From NCBI GenBank assembly GCA_022605425.2, contig JAKIMF020000013.1:434001-498000 (forward strand): a stretch of DNA of 64,000 nucleotides. Direction: 5' to 3'. Under the pieces are notes generated by a model that searched no databases, was not told where the DNA came from, and was given only the letters and a program-made list of their open reading frames with translations. Source of the DNA: Hamiltosporidium tvaerminnensis FI-OER-3-3 (taxonomy: Eukaryota > Fungi > Microsporidia). This document shows, in pieces, positions 52,801 through 64,000 of the stretch. Numbering within the stretch: the first letter of the stretch is position 1; every line of letters starts with the position of its first letter. The translations under genes were made by a program, and so were the position numbers.

Positions 52801-53653
52801 CTTCCAAGCGGATCTAGGCTTCTCTTTACGTGTTAGCTCGTCATAGCATACCTGGGCTGCTTGGATTATCCGTGCCATTGCAGTTATCGTCATCGGTACA
52901 TAATAATCAGCATACTCACCGATAATTCGATTAATAAGGTCCAAAACTTTACTGTCAACCAATTTACTTGGAAGCTTTCGAGTTCGGACCACCACTTTTC
53001 CAATTTCCTTCTCCGAGATTTCTTTGATTTTACTCAAAAATTTATCTCTCAGCTTTATGTACTCCGTGGTGTCAGTCAGGGTGCATATGTCAGCGAGAAA
53101 AGTGGCGATTCTACGTCGCTCACCATTCTCTTCTTGCCTTATTTCTCTTTCTGCCTCATTTTGTGCGAGTTTTTTAAACGCATCGATATCTAATGTGCAG
53201 CCAAATTTCTCATTATAGTATCTCAGAGTTGCGGGCCAGCCATCTCTGGGCATTCTCTCAAACCTCTTTTGCACTGCTAGAATAGCAGATCTAGGTCATT
53301 CCTGCTCTACGACTGTGACAGAGTCAAGTATTGTGTGCGCTACCATCAGTCGATTTCCTTTTAGAATAGCATCCGTACTGGGTTTTTCATGACGTTGGCT
53401 GGTCCACACGCAGTGGCATCGGTACTAGAAGACGATTTTATGGTGTCAACCAAGCAGACTGGACTATTCTAGCAACTACTGCTTGGTGGGTGTTGTTATG
53501 GCAGGTTGGTGGAGGTGGAAGTCTCTCGGATAGCATTGCTACATCTACATCACACATCAAAATCTCTCCTACGCTGTTCTCCAAGTTGTTTACAGCTTTT
53601 ATTTTTTTATTTCTTATATTTTCGCTTTCTACTTTTTTCCTTCTACTCATTAT
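49879..53653 (-). mobile_element. Full-length defective RLE non-LTR retrotransposon (R4/Dong-like)
   Basis: Near-identical to 36947-40723; LFIDDLKL RT active site intact; several stops and frameshifts. Confidence 0.92.
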
Positions 53654-54020
53654 TATTAAAATAAATAATTAAATAAACTAACAATATGTTGAAATATTAT
53701 ATTTACTGTATTCATAAACCAAAAATAAAATTTTTATCATCAGAAACAACGAATAAGTTTATTATTTATCACATTTCTTCAATAATAGTACTTCATATTA
53801 GAATTCTACTTTCTAATATATTTTCTTTAAAATAATAAAATAATGTTATACTGTTGTATATAAAAGATTAAGATGATATCTTAAATATTTATATTTATAT
53901 TCTCTTTGCTCATGATATTCATTAATATTTTAATATTTAGTTTTTAATATATAACTTTAAAATATTAAAATTATTTGGAATTTTTTAATTTAATTAATAT
54001 AAAATGCGAATATTTTGATA

Positions 54021-54240
54021 TGGGTAGAGAAATGATAACCACATTCAAAAATTTCTGTTTGGTAATGAATGCGTACAATTCGTATTAAAATCATGCTGCC
54101 ATTGAGGTCGGATATAAACCACACTAAATCTATAGGCTAATCTCATATAATTACGAGTTTGGACAGATTAAAAGACAAAGATGAAAAACCTATTTTTCCC
54201 TCCTGAAACTGAGATTTAAGGGAGAAAAGGAATAAGTAAC
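54021..54240 (+). mobile_element. Family B short element
   Basis: GATAACCACAT..TTTCTG..TACAATTCGTATTAAAATCAT..GGATATAAACCACAC..CAGATTA..GGAATAAGTAA, as at 9231. Confidence 0.65.
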
Positions 54241-54713
54241 TACGTATACAATACTTTAAATTTAATATGTATAGCTATTGAGTTGAATAATTATAGATTT
54301 TTGAACGATATCTAGAACAAATGAAATTAAAGCGACAAAAGAAACGCGGTGAACGAATTTAAATCAAAAGAGATAAATCTAATAAATGAAGAGTTACTTA
54401 AATAAGAAGATTCCGAACAAAATTTGTTAAAAGTTTTAATTTCAAAGATTTAGAGATAATATTTGATTGATATATGATCTGGTAATGTAGTTAGGGATAA
54501 TTAAATTGATATTGAGCTGCAAAAACAGCATAGAAAAACGATGAAATATTCAAGAAGAGAAAAACGTTGCTTTTATGTGAAAAAACCAAAAATTTTTTAA
54601 TTGAGCTCAAAAAATACATCCAGTTGTGCAGATCAGCCTATTTTTGATAAAGTATTAAAGAACCAAGATTTATAGATTTAGAAAAGGATTTAATAAAAAA
54701 ACATTTTTTTAAC

Positions 54714-55343
54714 TTACACATCAGATAATCCAAGTTCCTCAACAAATGCACTTTTTTTAGCCCCGGTTCCTTCCAAAATAGAATCCAATATATTTTTAAA
54801 AATATCTTTTCTCTTTTTAAGAAGAGTCTTAAGACGTGTGTGTTCTTTACAGACTTTAACCATATCTTCTTTAGAAATAACTCCTCCTTTTTTTAAACTT
54901 TCAATTTTTTTAGAATTTTTAGTGACTTCTTTAGTCAAAGAAGAAATTTCATTTTCCAATGTAATATTATCTGGTAATCTGTTTATTTTAGATATTTCAG
55001 AATTTAAATTTTTTAGTTGGTCTTTTAAACTGGCATTTGATTCTTTTAGATTTGCAATTTTATTTTCTATTTTAGATATTTCTTCGTTGCCTACTTCAAC
55101 ACCAGATTGTATTTTTACATAAATATTTGTTTTGTTGTATAATTTAAACGCTATTTCGTTATTTTCTACCAATGAATTTAAACATTTTTGTAAAATGGTT
55201 TTTGATATTTCGTTTTTAAAATTTATTGATATTTCTGCAATACTAACAGGTCTGTTGCAGGTATTTATGTAATCCAGAATGTCCCTTTGTACATCTTTAG
55301 GCGAAACAGTTGTTTTTGATTTTTCTTCGTTCTTTTTTTTCAT
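54714..55343 (-). CDS. HOP2: Hop2/TBPIP meiotic homologous-pairing protein (likely start MKKKNEE, 209 aa)
   Basis: Winged-helix pattern ILDYI..NRP.S..I..N....K...QKCL.SLV....I..K.Y.K..IY, then coiled coil and EELG tail; CCC upstream of ATG 55343. Confidence 0.82.
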   Translation of the reverse strand: MKKKNEEKSKTTVSPKDVQRDILDYINTCNRPVSIAEISINFKNEISKTILQKCLNSLVENNEIAFKLYNKTNIYVKIQSGVEVGNEEISKIENKIANLKESNASLKDQLKNLNSEISKINRLPDNITLENEISSLTKEVTKNSKKIESLKKGGVISKEDMVKVCKEHTRLKTLLKKRKDIFKNILDSILEGTGAKKSAFVEELGLSDV

Positions 55344-55640
55344 TGAAATTGGGTCATAAAAAACAAAAATTAATAGCAAAAAAAAATATTTTTATGTTAA
55401 AATTTAAAGATTAAAGAATTTTTTTCAAAAGAGTTGGATAATAGATTTTTTATTAGAGGGGTATTTATAAAGAGACCCACTCTATTCAACAGCAAAGGCA
55501 ACCCGAATTGACTTGGTTTTTGATTTGAATTTCATATTTAATTTTTTCATAATACATGTTTCAATTCATGATTAAAATGCAATGCATCTATTTATTAAAT
55601 GTTTTAAAAACCAAACTTTTATAATTTTTATATCTTTTAT

Positions 55641-56365
55641 TGTGGAGAGAGGATAACCACATAAAAAACTTTCTGCTTGGCAATGAGTGTGTGAAACTGG
55701 TGTGGGGTCATTGTTTGGATTTTTAATGGGAAAAAACCACACTACATCTTCGGTTGTGTTATGAGAGTTTTTATGAGGAGAAGAGATCTACGAAATAGCA
55801 AAACCTTTCTACAAATCTATTTTATGGTTTTTTATGTAACTAGATTGCAGACCGCAGCTAAACATGAAGCCAGTTACCATCTAGAAGCATGTAAACCTAG
55901 CCTGGCTCACTCGGGTAGAAAACCTAGAGCCTGGGAGATACAAAACAAAACACCATTAAAAGCCGGGAGAGCTAAGTAGCAGGTTATACCTGTTGGTATG
56001 ACATTGCACTGTCTAGGTGGACCCCATGTAAATCTCTGAAATATATCTTAGCTAGAAGTTGATTGGGTTCAGAAAGTGTAGAGTAAGTGGGAATGCTGCA
56101 TAGTCTTGGAGAAGCCCAGGGAAGGCTTCGGCCTTCGATCACACTCCATGCAACGGACATTAACGAATCCGTGCAACCGACTCGCATAGTAATTAGGTTC
56201 TACACACCTGGTAGATGAAAGGCTTTGGAACGTAGGTATCGCAGGGGTTACCGATGGAGTTTTTGGGTAGCAGTTATTTATGTTAAACCTAGAACTGCGT
56301 TAATGTCATGAAAACAAATATAACACTTTCCACTGCTTTAAAAAGATGTGATACTTTTAAATAAA
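55641..56365 (+). mobile_element. Family A retroposon, full length
   Basis: High identity; possible imperfect TSD TTTTTATA(T/C)CTTTTAT at 55625-55640 and 56378-56393. Confidence 0.9.
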
Positions 56366-56924
56366 GTAGATTTATATTTTTTATACCTTTTATCTTTTAT
56401 ATCTTTTCATTCACAAATGTTTCCTTTATTTCTTCTAAATTATTTTAAAGTAACGAACTTGATATTTTTTTAATATTATTTATTATTTTGAAAAATCTCT
56501 AATTCAAATATTTGATTGAGTTTATAAAATAATTCCAAAACACTTTTTTCTTCAAATTTTTAACTTATTTTAAATTAGAAACCCAATAAAAAAAATTAAA
56601 ATTTAAAACTAAGAAACATATCAACAAAATATTTTGAAATATATAAAAGAGTTTTACAAATAAAAACTTAACTATTCATCGAATTCAATTTAGTATTACC
56701 GTATTTTATGTCTACGTTTCAAAAAATAAAAAAAGCTGTTGGAAAAATGCTTTTTCACCAATATTTTTGTATTTAGAGTTAAATATTACCACAGATTTAT
56801 TCGGATTTCATATTCTTTTGCTCGGTTTTTGTAGATTTTCTTACTAAAGAAATACCTAATTTTGTATTGATATTTTATTCTGAGTTGTAGAAGAAAAACA
56901 TCACAGACTATCCAGTTTGGAATT

Positions 56925-57280
56925 GTGTGTGTAATGTGTGAAAATCATTGTTAATATTTTGGTAAGATATAAACCACACTGAATCAGAGGTCAATCCTCT
57001 ATAATCCTCAATTATAACAGATTAAAAGAAATATACCGAAGAATAAAAACCTGCCTCAAAAATCAAAGACCAGGGGGTGAACTCTAAAATATTGCTAATG
57101 AAACATAAAAGTATTAGGATTAACTTAAAGATACAATACCTTGAAGGTAATAATCTGAGTACTTAAAACTGGATTTCCCCTAAGAAGAATACACTTTGAA
57201 AAAACACATACATTGACCAGCTAAAAAATAAGCAGTATTACTTCTGTTCATCTTTAATACCAAGAGGAATTAATAAGTAA
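56925..57280 (+). mobile_element. Degenerate, longer family B-like copy
   Basis: AAAATCATTG..GATATAAACCACAC..ACAGATTAAAAG..GAGGAA..AATAAGTAA. Confidence 0.45.
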
Positions 57281-58194
57281 TTTAATATTTTATTGTATCT
57301 CCTCGTTAGTCTTTAGTGCGTTCCCTTGTTAAATTGCATAGCTTATAGTTAAAACAGGCTAATAAAAACGGTAAAAAATATATTTTTATCAAAAATTTTT
57401 TTAAGTGCATTTTTCTAACTTAAACATTAATTTTTTAATATTTTTAGACTAAAATAAGATAGAGTGATAAATATATAAAAAGTAAAAAAATAGTAAAAAC
57501 TGATTATAAAAAACTTCGAATTAAAGAAAAATAAATTCAAATTCACTATTATTATATAACTATTTTTACATTTTTTTTTAATAAATTTTCTTAAATTTTA
57601 ATAAATAATTTCTGTTTTGATTCTTTTATCCCTTTTAAATTAACTCGGTTTTTAAATTTCTTTTTAATTTTCTAAATTTTTCTTAATTTTTCCTAATCTA
57701 AATATAAATTTATTCCGTTTTTAAATTTCTTTTTAATTTCTTTTATTTTTCCTAATTTAAATATAAATTTATTCAGTTTTAATAAAAATCTTATTTCATT
57801 TAAATCTTTAAAAAATGGTTAATTTCCCACCAAAACGAATTATTTTTCTCCAACCAAAGCATAATTACGTTTTTTTTACAAACTTCATACAATTGGTAGA
57901 ATAGATAATATGCAGATTTTACTTTTGATCAGGGTTAGATTTAGCAGGGATTTAATTAGAATATACCACAGTTATTAAATGTGATTGTATTTTTATCCAG
58001 GTAATTAAATACTTTAATAAGCTATTTGGTCGAAATAAATTCTTCTTTCTAATTTGAATTTTTTGATATAAATTTAATCAAACAAAATGATTATAATGCA
58101 CTTAAAAAAAACTTTAAAATTTTAATTGTGTTCATTTATTGATATAATCTAATGGCTATTAATTTATCTTTTATAAATTATATTTATTTAAAAA

Positions 58195-59952
58195 ATCTCT
58201 TGTTTATTGATGATCTTAAGCTCCTTGCAAAAGACAGCTCCACATTGAGTGCTATGACAGGCGAGGCAAAGGAATTTTTAGAGGTGATTGGCTTAGAGAT
58301 TAACAAAGAGAAGTCAGCCACAAATGATGCGTGTTGTGAAGATACTGGTACTCTTCTATAAGGTGTTAGTGTTTACAAATATTTAGGGATAATCGAAGAT
58401 AGCAGAGGAATTCCAACATGTAACTCATTTGAAGAAGTACAAAGCAAACTTATATCAAGAGTTGAAAGACTTTGTCATACTAGATTAAACGCAAAAAATT
58501 TATTTTCTGCAATCAATCAACATGCGATATCGTTAATCCACTACCACATAGGAGTACTTCGACTTGAACCGGCACTTCTCTAAGTTAGATGATACAGTGT
58601 GTGCGGTGTTGGTGAAGAATAAGATACATCTCCGCCCAGGATGTAAAGAGCGTTTATACCTTCCTAGAACAGAACTTGGAAGAGGCCTACATAGTGTTGA
58701 GTTGCGAAGTGAACATATGCTTCTGCAACTCTTGGATTGTCTGTAAAAAAGTAAAGAAATATCAACTAGACGAGCAGAAATCCTCAAGGTGGAGAATTAA
58801 AATAAAACTCATCTTTCACTAATAAAAGGCTTCTTAAAAGTAAAGTACAGGTTGGTAGAAGAAGTCACTAAGAAAAGTTTAGAAGAAGCTCAACTTGCAA
58901 AACTATATAACGAAATAGAAAAACGAAAACTCCATTTAAAGTTATATAATGCAAGGAAAAATGAGCTTGTTAGGTTTAGTGACTCTTCAAGGTGGTTAAA
59001 GAGAGGGAATATTAGGCCACAAAACGAAGCTGTGTTCTGCTATATCCAGGATATAAATGTAGTCTGGGGAGCAGATGGTGTGTGTCAACATTGCGGGAAG
59101 TCCGGTAAGACTGTAGATCATCTAGCAACTCGATGTGAAAAAATGCTTAGCCATGACTACACCAGACGGCATAATGAAGTAGTTAGATGCCTATACTTAC
59201 TTCCCCTAAATAGATATAAGTTTAAGTTTTCAAAACGAATTAGGAGTCATTCAGTTCAAGAAATTCTTGATAATGAGTATGCAGAGATAAGAGTGGACAC
59301 CAGAATATAAAATGAGGTTTAAATTCGGAATAACAGACCCGACATATTTATTTTAGATAAGAAGAAGAAGAAGATAACACTCATTGAAGTAGGAATCACC
59401 TGCCAAGATTCACTTCAAATAGTTGAAACTGAAAAACTTAGGAAGTATGACCTACTAGCCAATGAGTTAGGTCTTGTTTATAAGTGTAGTGTTGAGATCA
59501 TCCCTTATGTGATGACCTGGGACGGTATTGTGACAAAATACCATAAATCTCATCTTAAAAGACTAGAAATACCCATGAATGTAGAGGCATACATTCAGTC
59601 TATAGTACTTAAAAAGACAGTCGAAACTATTTCCTTTGATCGACGAAGAGGACTTGAGTCAGGACTAAATGCCGAAGAGAGCTGGGAGAGAGCGTCAATG
59701 GGTGCTATTATGAGATCAGAGATGCATGAGGAACCAATACCCCCTTTAAAAGAAGCGAAAACAGAGGAAGATGGTGCCAAAAATTTTAAACCAAAATATA
59801 AAGCCCCGTTTATTTTACAAGGAGGAACCACTTTAGAGGAACCGACCAATAACATAAATGAAGAGTCGGATTTGGAAGAAGAGACAATAGTGGTTAAAGA
59901 GGTAGAAGAAAACATATAAAAATGGGAAAAAATATGTTAACCCAGAATTTTA
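58195..59952 (+). mobile_element. 5'-truncated defective RLE LINE with an intact endonuclease C-terminus
   Basis: LFIDD, CCHC, RHN, RPD, KLRKYDLLANEL; ORF stop at 59919. Confidence 0.92.
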
Positions 59953-60419
59953 TATGATAAAAATAGTTTAATAATATTTAAACATTAATTTAATTCTATG
60001 ATTATTCTAAATATAGTTTAATGTAAGCAATACAAGAGAACTATAAATAGTATTTTAGATATCTATTTTAAATATTCTAAATATAATTTAATGAGCCAAT
60101 ACAAGGAAGTATAAATAATAATTTAAAGATTATTTTGAATATTAGAAAGATAATCTAGATTATGTTCAATGAGCCAATACAAGAGAAGTAATTTATTTAA
60201 TATTATTGTAAATATTTTAAAGATAATCTAAATATATATTTTCTATTTAGTTAGTAAAAGATACTAAGATTACTAATTTTTAGACTGCAAAAGGTAATAA
60301 TAATATTTTTCAAACTCAGTAGAAGAAACCAAATTACTAATTTATATCTTTAAATAGATAGTCTAACATTTAATTTTTTTTCTTAATTTTCTTTATTTTC
60401 TAAAATAGTGAATCCCTCT

Positions 60420-62537
60420 ATGGAAAATTCATTTTCTTTACATTTGAATCCTATATCAGTTACAACACTTAAAAAATATGAAGAACAACTTGAAGCATTG
60501 AAAGCAGAAAACTTTTCTTTAAAACACCAACTAAGTCAGTATTTTTCTGACTCTTCCGCTACAAAAATTCTTCAGGATGCACAACTTTCTCTAAAAATAT
60601 TGGAAGGTGAAAAAGAAGATTTAAAAAAACAATTAGAAAATCTCAAAGCGCAAAATTTACAAGAAACTGAAAATTTTAATAATTTAAATTCGAGTAACGA
60701 AAAACTTAGAAAGGACAATCTTGAGCTTTCAGAGTATATTGTGGAATTACGGCGACAATTATCAGGAAATGATTTGAGTAAAAATGATTTACAAAATAAA
60801 TTTATTCAAGAAATTGAAAAATGCAAAAATGAAAATTTTTGTTTAAAAGAAAATTATGATATCAAAGTGAAAGAGCTTAATAATTATTTTTGTAATCAGC
60901 AAAAGAAATACCAAGAAGAAATTGTGTCGTTGAAAAATAAATATGAAGAGCGAGTTGGAGAATTTAATAATCAGATGAGTTCTATGCAACAGGTTAATCA
61001 GAAGTTGAATAATGAATTGAATGGACTTTTTAGTGAAAAGAAATTTTTAGGCGAACAAAAAAATGAAATTGAAAAAAAATTTGAAATTATAAAAAATGAA
61101 AATGAAAAACTCAGAATAAATTTAAATGAAAATCAAAATAAATTTCAAAATCTGCAAGAAAATATTGAAAAAAATAAAGAAAGAAATTTATTTTTTGAAC
61201 AAGAAAATGAATCTTTGAAAAGGTTAAATAAAAATTTATCTGAAGATTTAAAAATTTTACAAAATGAATTTGATAATTATAAGAGAAATACTGAAGAATC
61301 TTATAAAAAAATGAATGAAGAATATAAAATTTTACAAAATGAATTTGATAATTACAAAAGAAATACTGGAGAATCTTATAAAAAAATGAATGAGGAATAT
61401 AAAATTTTACAAAATCAATACGAATTTATATTAAATAATAAAAACAGTGGAGAGATTAAAGCAAACAAAATGTATTTGGAAAATCAAAATTTAAAATTGG
61501 AATCTAAAAAATTATTGGAAAAAAATATTGAATTAGAAAAACAAACTGAAAGATTCAAGAAGGGTTACGAAGAACTTGAAAATACACACGAGATATTAAA
61601 AATAGAAAATATAAAACTTTCTTCTGCTTTAGAAACCTTAAATAACGATTTAGAAAAAACAAAAAATTATTATAACGAACTTGAAAATAAATTTAATCAA
61701 AATAAAAATTTAAATGAAGATTTTTATTTGAAATACAAAAATTTTTTTAATTCAGTTGTTTTTATTTTAAATGAAATAGAAAATTGGGTAAAAAATGTGG
61801 AAATAAAAATTGATGGATTTAAAAAAGAAAAAATATCAAATTTAAATAAATTTAATTCTAAGTTGAATACTGCATATAAAGATTGTGAAAGAAGAATACA
61901 AGAAATGAGAAATAGTTTTGAACAGAGAAATAAAGAAAATGAAATTAAAAATGATAAAAATATAAAAGAAATGAAAGAAAGAAGCAATGAAGAAATAAAA
62001 AAAATAAAAGAAGAATTTAATTTATTTAATTTGACACTTCAAGAACAAATTCGAATTTTAGAAAATAATTTAAAATTGGATGAAGAAAATATAAAATTTT
62101 TAAAAAAATTTGAATGCCGCGAAAAAGATCTCAAAACGATTGTAAATGTGTTTAGGAAATCGTATACAGAGCTTTGTTCAAAAATAGGAATTCTAGAGAA
62201 AGAACTTGGAGAAGTCACATATTTTCAAGAAAATACAAGAAACTTAAATCATAAAAAAATTTTAGAAATGGCAGAAATGTTTTCAAAAGAAATAGCAGAA
62301 GGAAAAGAACAAATAATTAAATGTAATGATTATTTAAAAAAGAAAAATAAAGAAATTAAAGAAATAAAACTTGAATTACGAAATTGTAATTCCAAAATTG
62401 AAAAAATTGAATTGAAATCACAAAAATACAAAATTGAAAAAGAAAAAGCTTTAAATTCTTATAATAGTATTTTTCAAAAGTTAAAAGATAAAGAAAATTT
62501 TATTAAAAAATTAGAAATGAAATTATATTCTCATTAA
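60420..62537 (+). CDS. Coiled-coil protein with an N-terminal CM1 (centrosomin/Mto1/Pcp1-type) gamma-tubulin-complex receptor motif
   Basis: TLKKYEEQLEALKAENFSLK resembles the CM1 consensus; long heptad region; CCC before ATG 60420. Confidence 0.75.
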   Translation: MENSFSLHLNPISVTTLKKYEEQLEALKAENFSLKHQLSQYFSDSSATKILQDAQLSLKILEGEKEDLKKQLENLKAQNLQETENFNNLNSSNEKLRKDNLELSEYIVELRRQLSGNDLSKNDLQNKFIQEIEKCKNENFCLKENYDIKVKELNNYFCNQQKKYQEEIVSLKNKYEERVGEFNNQMSSMQQVNQKLNNELNGLFSEKKFLGEQKNEIEKKFEIIKNENEKLRINLNENQNKFQNLQENIEKNKERNLFFEQENESLKRLNKNLSEDLKILQNEFDNYKRNTEESYKKMNEEYKILQNEFDNYKRNTGESYKKMNEEYKILQNQYEFILNNKNSGEIKANKMYLENQNLKLESKKLLEKNIELEKQTERFKKGYEELENTHEILKIENIKLSSALETLNNDLEKTKNYYNELENKFNQNKNLNEDFYLKYKNFFNSVVFILNEIENWVKNVEIKIDGFKKEKISNLNKFNSKLNTAYKDCERRIQEMRNSFEQRNKENEIKNDKNIKEMKERSNEEIKKIKEEFNLFNLTLQEQIRILENNLKLDEENIKFLKKFECREKDLKTIVNVFRKSYTELCSKIGILEKELGEVTYFQENTRNLNHKKILEMAEMFSKEIAEGKEQIIKCNDYLKKKNKEIKEIKLELRNCNSKIEKIELKSQKYKIEKEKALNSYNSIFQKLKDKENFIKKLEMKLYSH
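61251..61415 (+). repeat. In-frame 75-bp (25-aa) tandem duplication within the CM1 protein
   Basis: KILQNEFDNYKRNT(E/G)ESYKKMNEEY twice; units start at 61251, 61326 and 61401. Confidence 0.9.
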
Positions 62538-62737
62538 AGTTAACCTGTTTATACATTTAAATGATTTTTAAGTTTTTTTATTTTAAATAAATTAATTGAG
62601 AGTTTAAGAAAATAAATATTTTATACATTTAAATGATTTTTAAGTTTTTTTTATCTTTATTAAATTTATTTACTCTGGTAGAACTTTTTTTTGAATGATT
62701 ATAAATTAGAAGATTGGAAAATATAAATAATAAAGGA

Positions 62738-62880
62738 GTATAAAAAAAGTAATGAAAGAATATAAAAAAAGTAATAAAAGAATATAAAAAAATATAAAAA
62801 AAGTAATAAAAGAATATAAAAAAAGTAATGAAAGAATATTAAAAAAGAAATAAAAGAATATAAAAAAAGAAATAAAAGAA
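62738..62880. repeat. Degenerate ~22-bp A-rich tandem repeat
   Basis: TATAAAAAAAGTAAT(A/G)AAAGAA units. Confidence 0.75.
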
Positions 62881-63124
62881 GATTATGAAACAGGTCTTTA
62901 ATGTTAAACTTAAAAGATTCGACCCTTAGTTTTGATTATTATAGCAAGTTAATTTAAATAAAAATGTAGAGATTAGAATTTTTTGATTCTATTTTATACA
63001 GGAATTTAAATAAATTAGAAGATTCGAATTCTTGTTAAAATTTAAATAGAAATTTGGATGAAAATGAAAATTAATAGTTAGAACCTTTTTTTTATTAAGT
63101 AGGAATTCTGAGGAACAAAATGTT

Positions 63125-63718
63125 TTAAAATATTTGAAGTAATTCTTCAAATAAATGACATATCTTAGAAACTGTGACAGAAGCAGAAAGAGAATAATCA
63201 GATATTTTAAGAAGAAATTCTGCAAATTCAAAATCGTCTTTTCCTGATGGTATGGCTTTTACAAAGAAACAATATCCATTTTCTAATTTATCAATAATTT
63301 TATCTTTTTCAAGTTGTTTCCCATGTTGACTCAATCCTATCTTAATAATATTTGGCTGTAAATATTCAGTTACTGGATTTTTAATAACTTTCAATAAAAT
63401 TTTACCATTTTCTGATTTTATTTTCATTCTTTTTAAAAGTTCATCCATAAGTCCGTTAAATCTATTTAATGATCTTGGAATACGTATCTCAGAATTTACA
63501 TCAATTAATACATTTTGTACAGTTTTTATATAAATTTTTAATTTGCCCGCTTTATTTAATGGACTGTCAAGTAAAGATAAGAGACATTGATGTGTTATAT
63601 CACTTCTATTGTTGATTCTATCTTCATTGTTTTTAATACTTGCTTTTGTATTTTTCTTTTGTTTGTTTTTTCTACTCACAAAATGTGCATCTTCTAATAC
63701 AAAAATTATTTTTTCCAT
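63125..63718 (-). CDS. EMG1: Emg1/Nep1 18S rRNA pseudouridine N1-methyltransferase (SPOUT)
   Basis: RSDITHQCLLSLLDSPLNKAGKL, RIPR..RFNGLM..LL, LLKVIKNPVT, ISDYSLSAS. Confidence 0.95.
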   Translation of the reverse strand: MEKIIFVLEDAHFVSRKNKQKKNTKASIKNNEDRINNRSDITHQCLLSLLDSPLNKAGKLKIYIKTVQNVLIDVNSEIRIPRSLNRFNGLMDELLKRMKIKSENGKILLKVIKNPVTEYLQPNIIKIGLSQHGKQLEKDKIIDKLENGYCFFVKAIPSGKDDFEFAEFLLKISDYSLSASVTVSKICHLFEELLQIF

Positions 63719-63832
63719 TTATATCTTCTCAAGGGAAAACTTTTTTTTATTTTCTATTTTTTTTCCGTTGAATTTTTTTTTTAATATTTCGATGACTTTA
63801 AAATCTGTAATTTTATATTCTTTTATTTTCAT

Positions 63833-63987
63833 TGGCTTCTGGCTTCTGGCTTCTGGCTTCTGGCTTCTGGCTTCTGGCTTCTGGCTTCTGGCTTCTGGCT
63901 TCTGGCTTCTGGCTTCTGGCTTCTGGCTTCTGGCTTCTGGCTTCTGTCTTCTGGCTTCTGGCTTCTGGCTTCTGGCTTCTGGCTTCT
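63833..63987. repeat. (TGGCTTC)n heptamer tandem repeat, ~22 units
   Basis: Direct inspection. Confidence 0.95.
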
Positions 63988-64000
63988 TTCTTCTGTCTTC

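Noticed and set aside
57640-60200. Small local duplications (57645-57780 and 60015-60190; also 47578-47625)
   Set aside because: Short, degenerate, AT-rich slippage products with no sign of function.

Overview
Very AT-rich, gene-sparse, repeat-dominated eukaryotic DNA. The intronless genes, CCC motifs just upstream of start codons and the gene set suggest a large-genome microsporidian (Hamiltosporidium-like; this is an inference). Host genes: a small GPI-like secreted protein, a short secreted protein, a 1542-aa signal+TM protein, a broken secreted-type kinase, Hop2, a CM1-motif coiled-coil spindle-pole protein and Emg1/Nep1. Mobile DNA: 4 long and 3 short copies of an R4/Dong-like RLE non-LTR retrotransposon, a decayed plant-type DD39D mariner, and a decayed DD34E Tc1/IS630-like element with a solo TIR. 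The most notable signal is a set of non-coding retroposons that seem to parasitise the LINE. These are (A) a ~720-nt, highly structured RNA element in 9 copies with a fixed 5' end, a TTAAATAAA 3' end and target-site duplications (TSDs); (B) a shorter family sharing its ~110-nt head, which may fold as a pseudoknot; and (C) a tRNA-derived SINE with a 12-bp TSD. Family A and the SINE end in the same TTAAATAA motif as the LINE. Many short ORFs in the ORF track are by-products of these repeats. All coordinates and pairings were read by eye; no searches were run.
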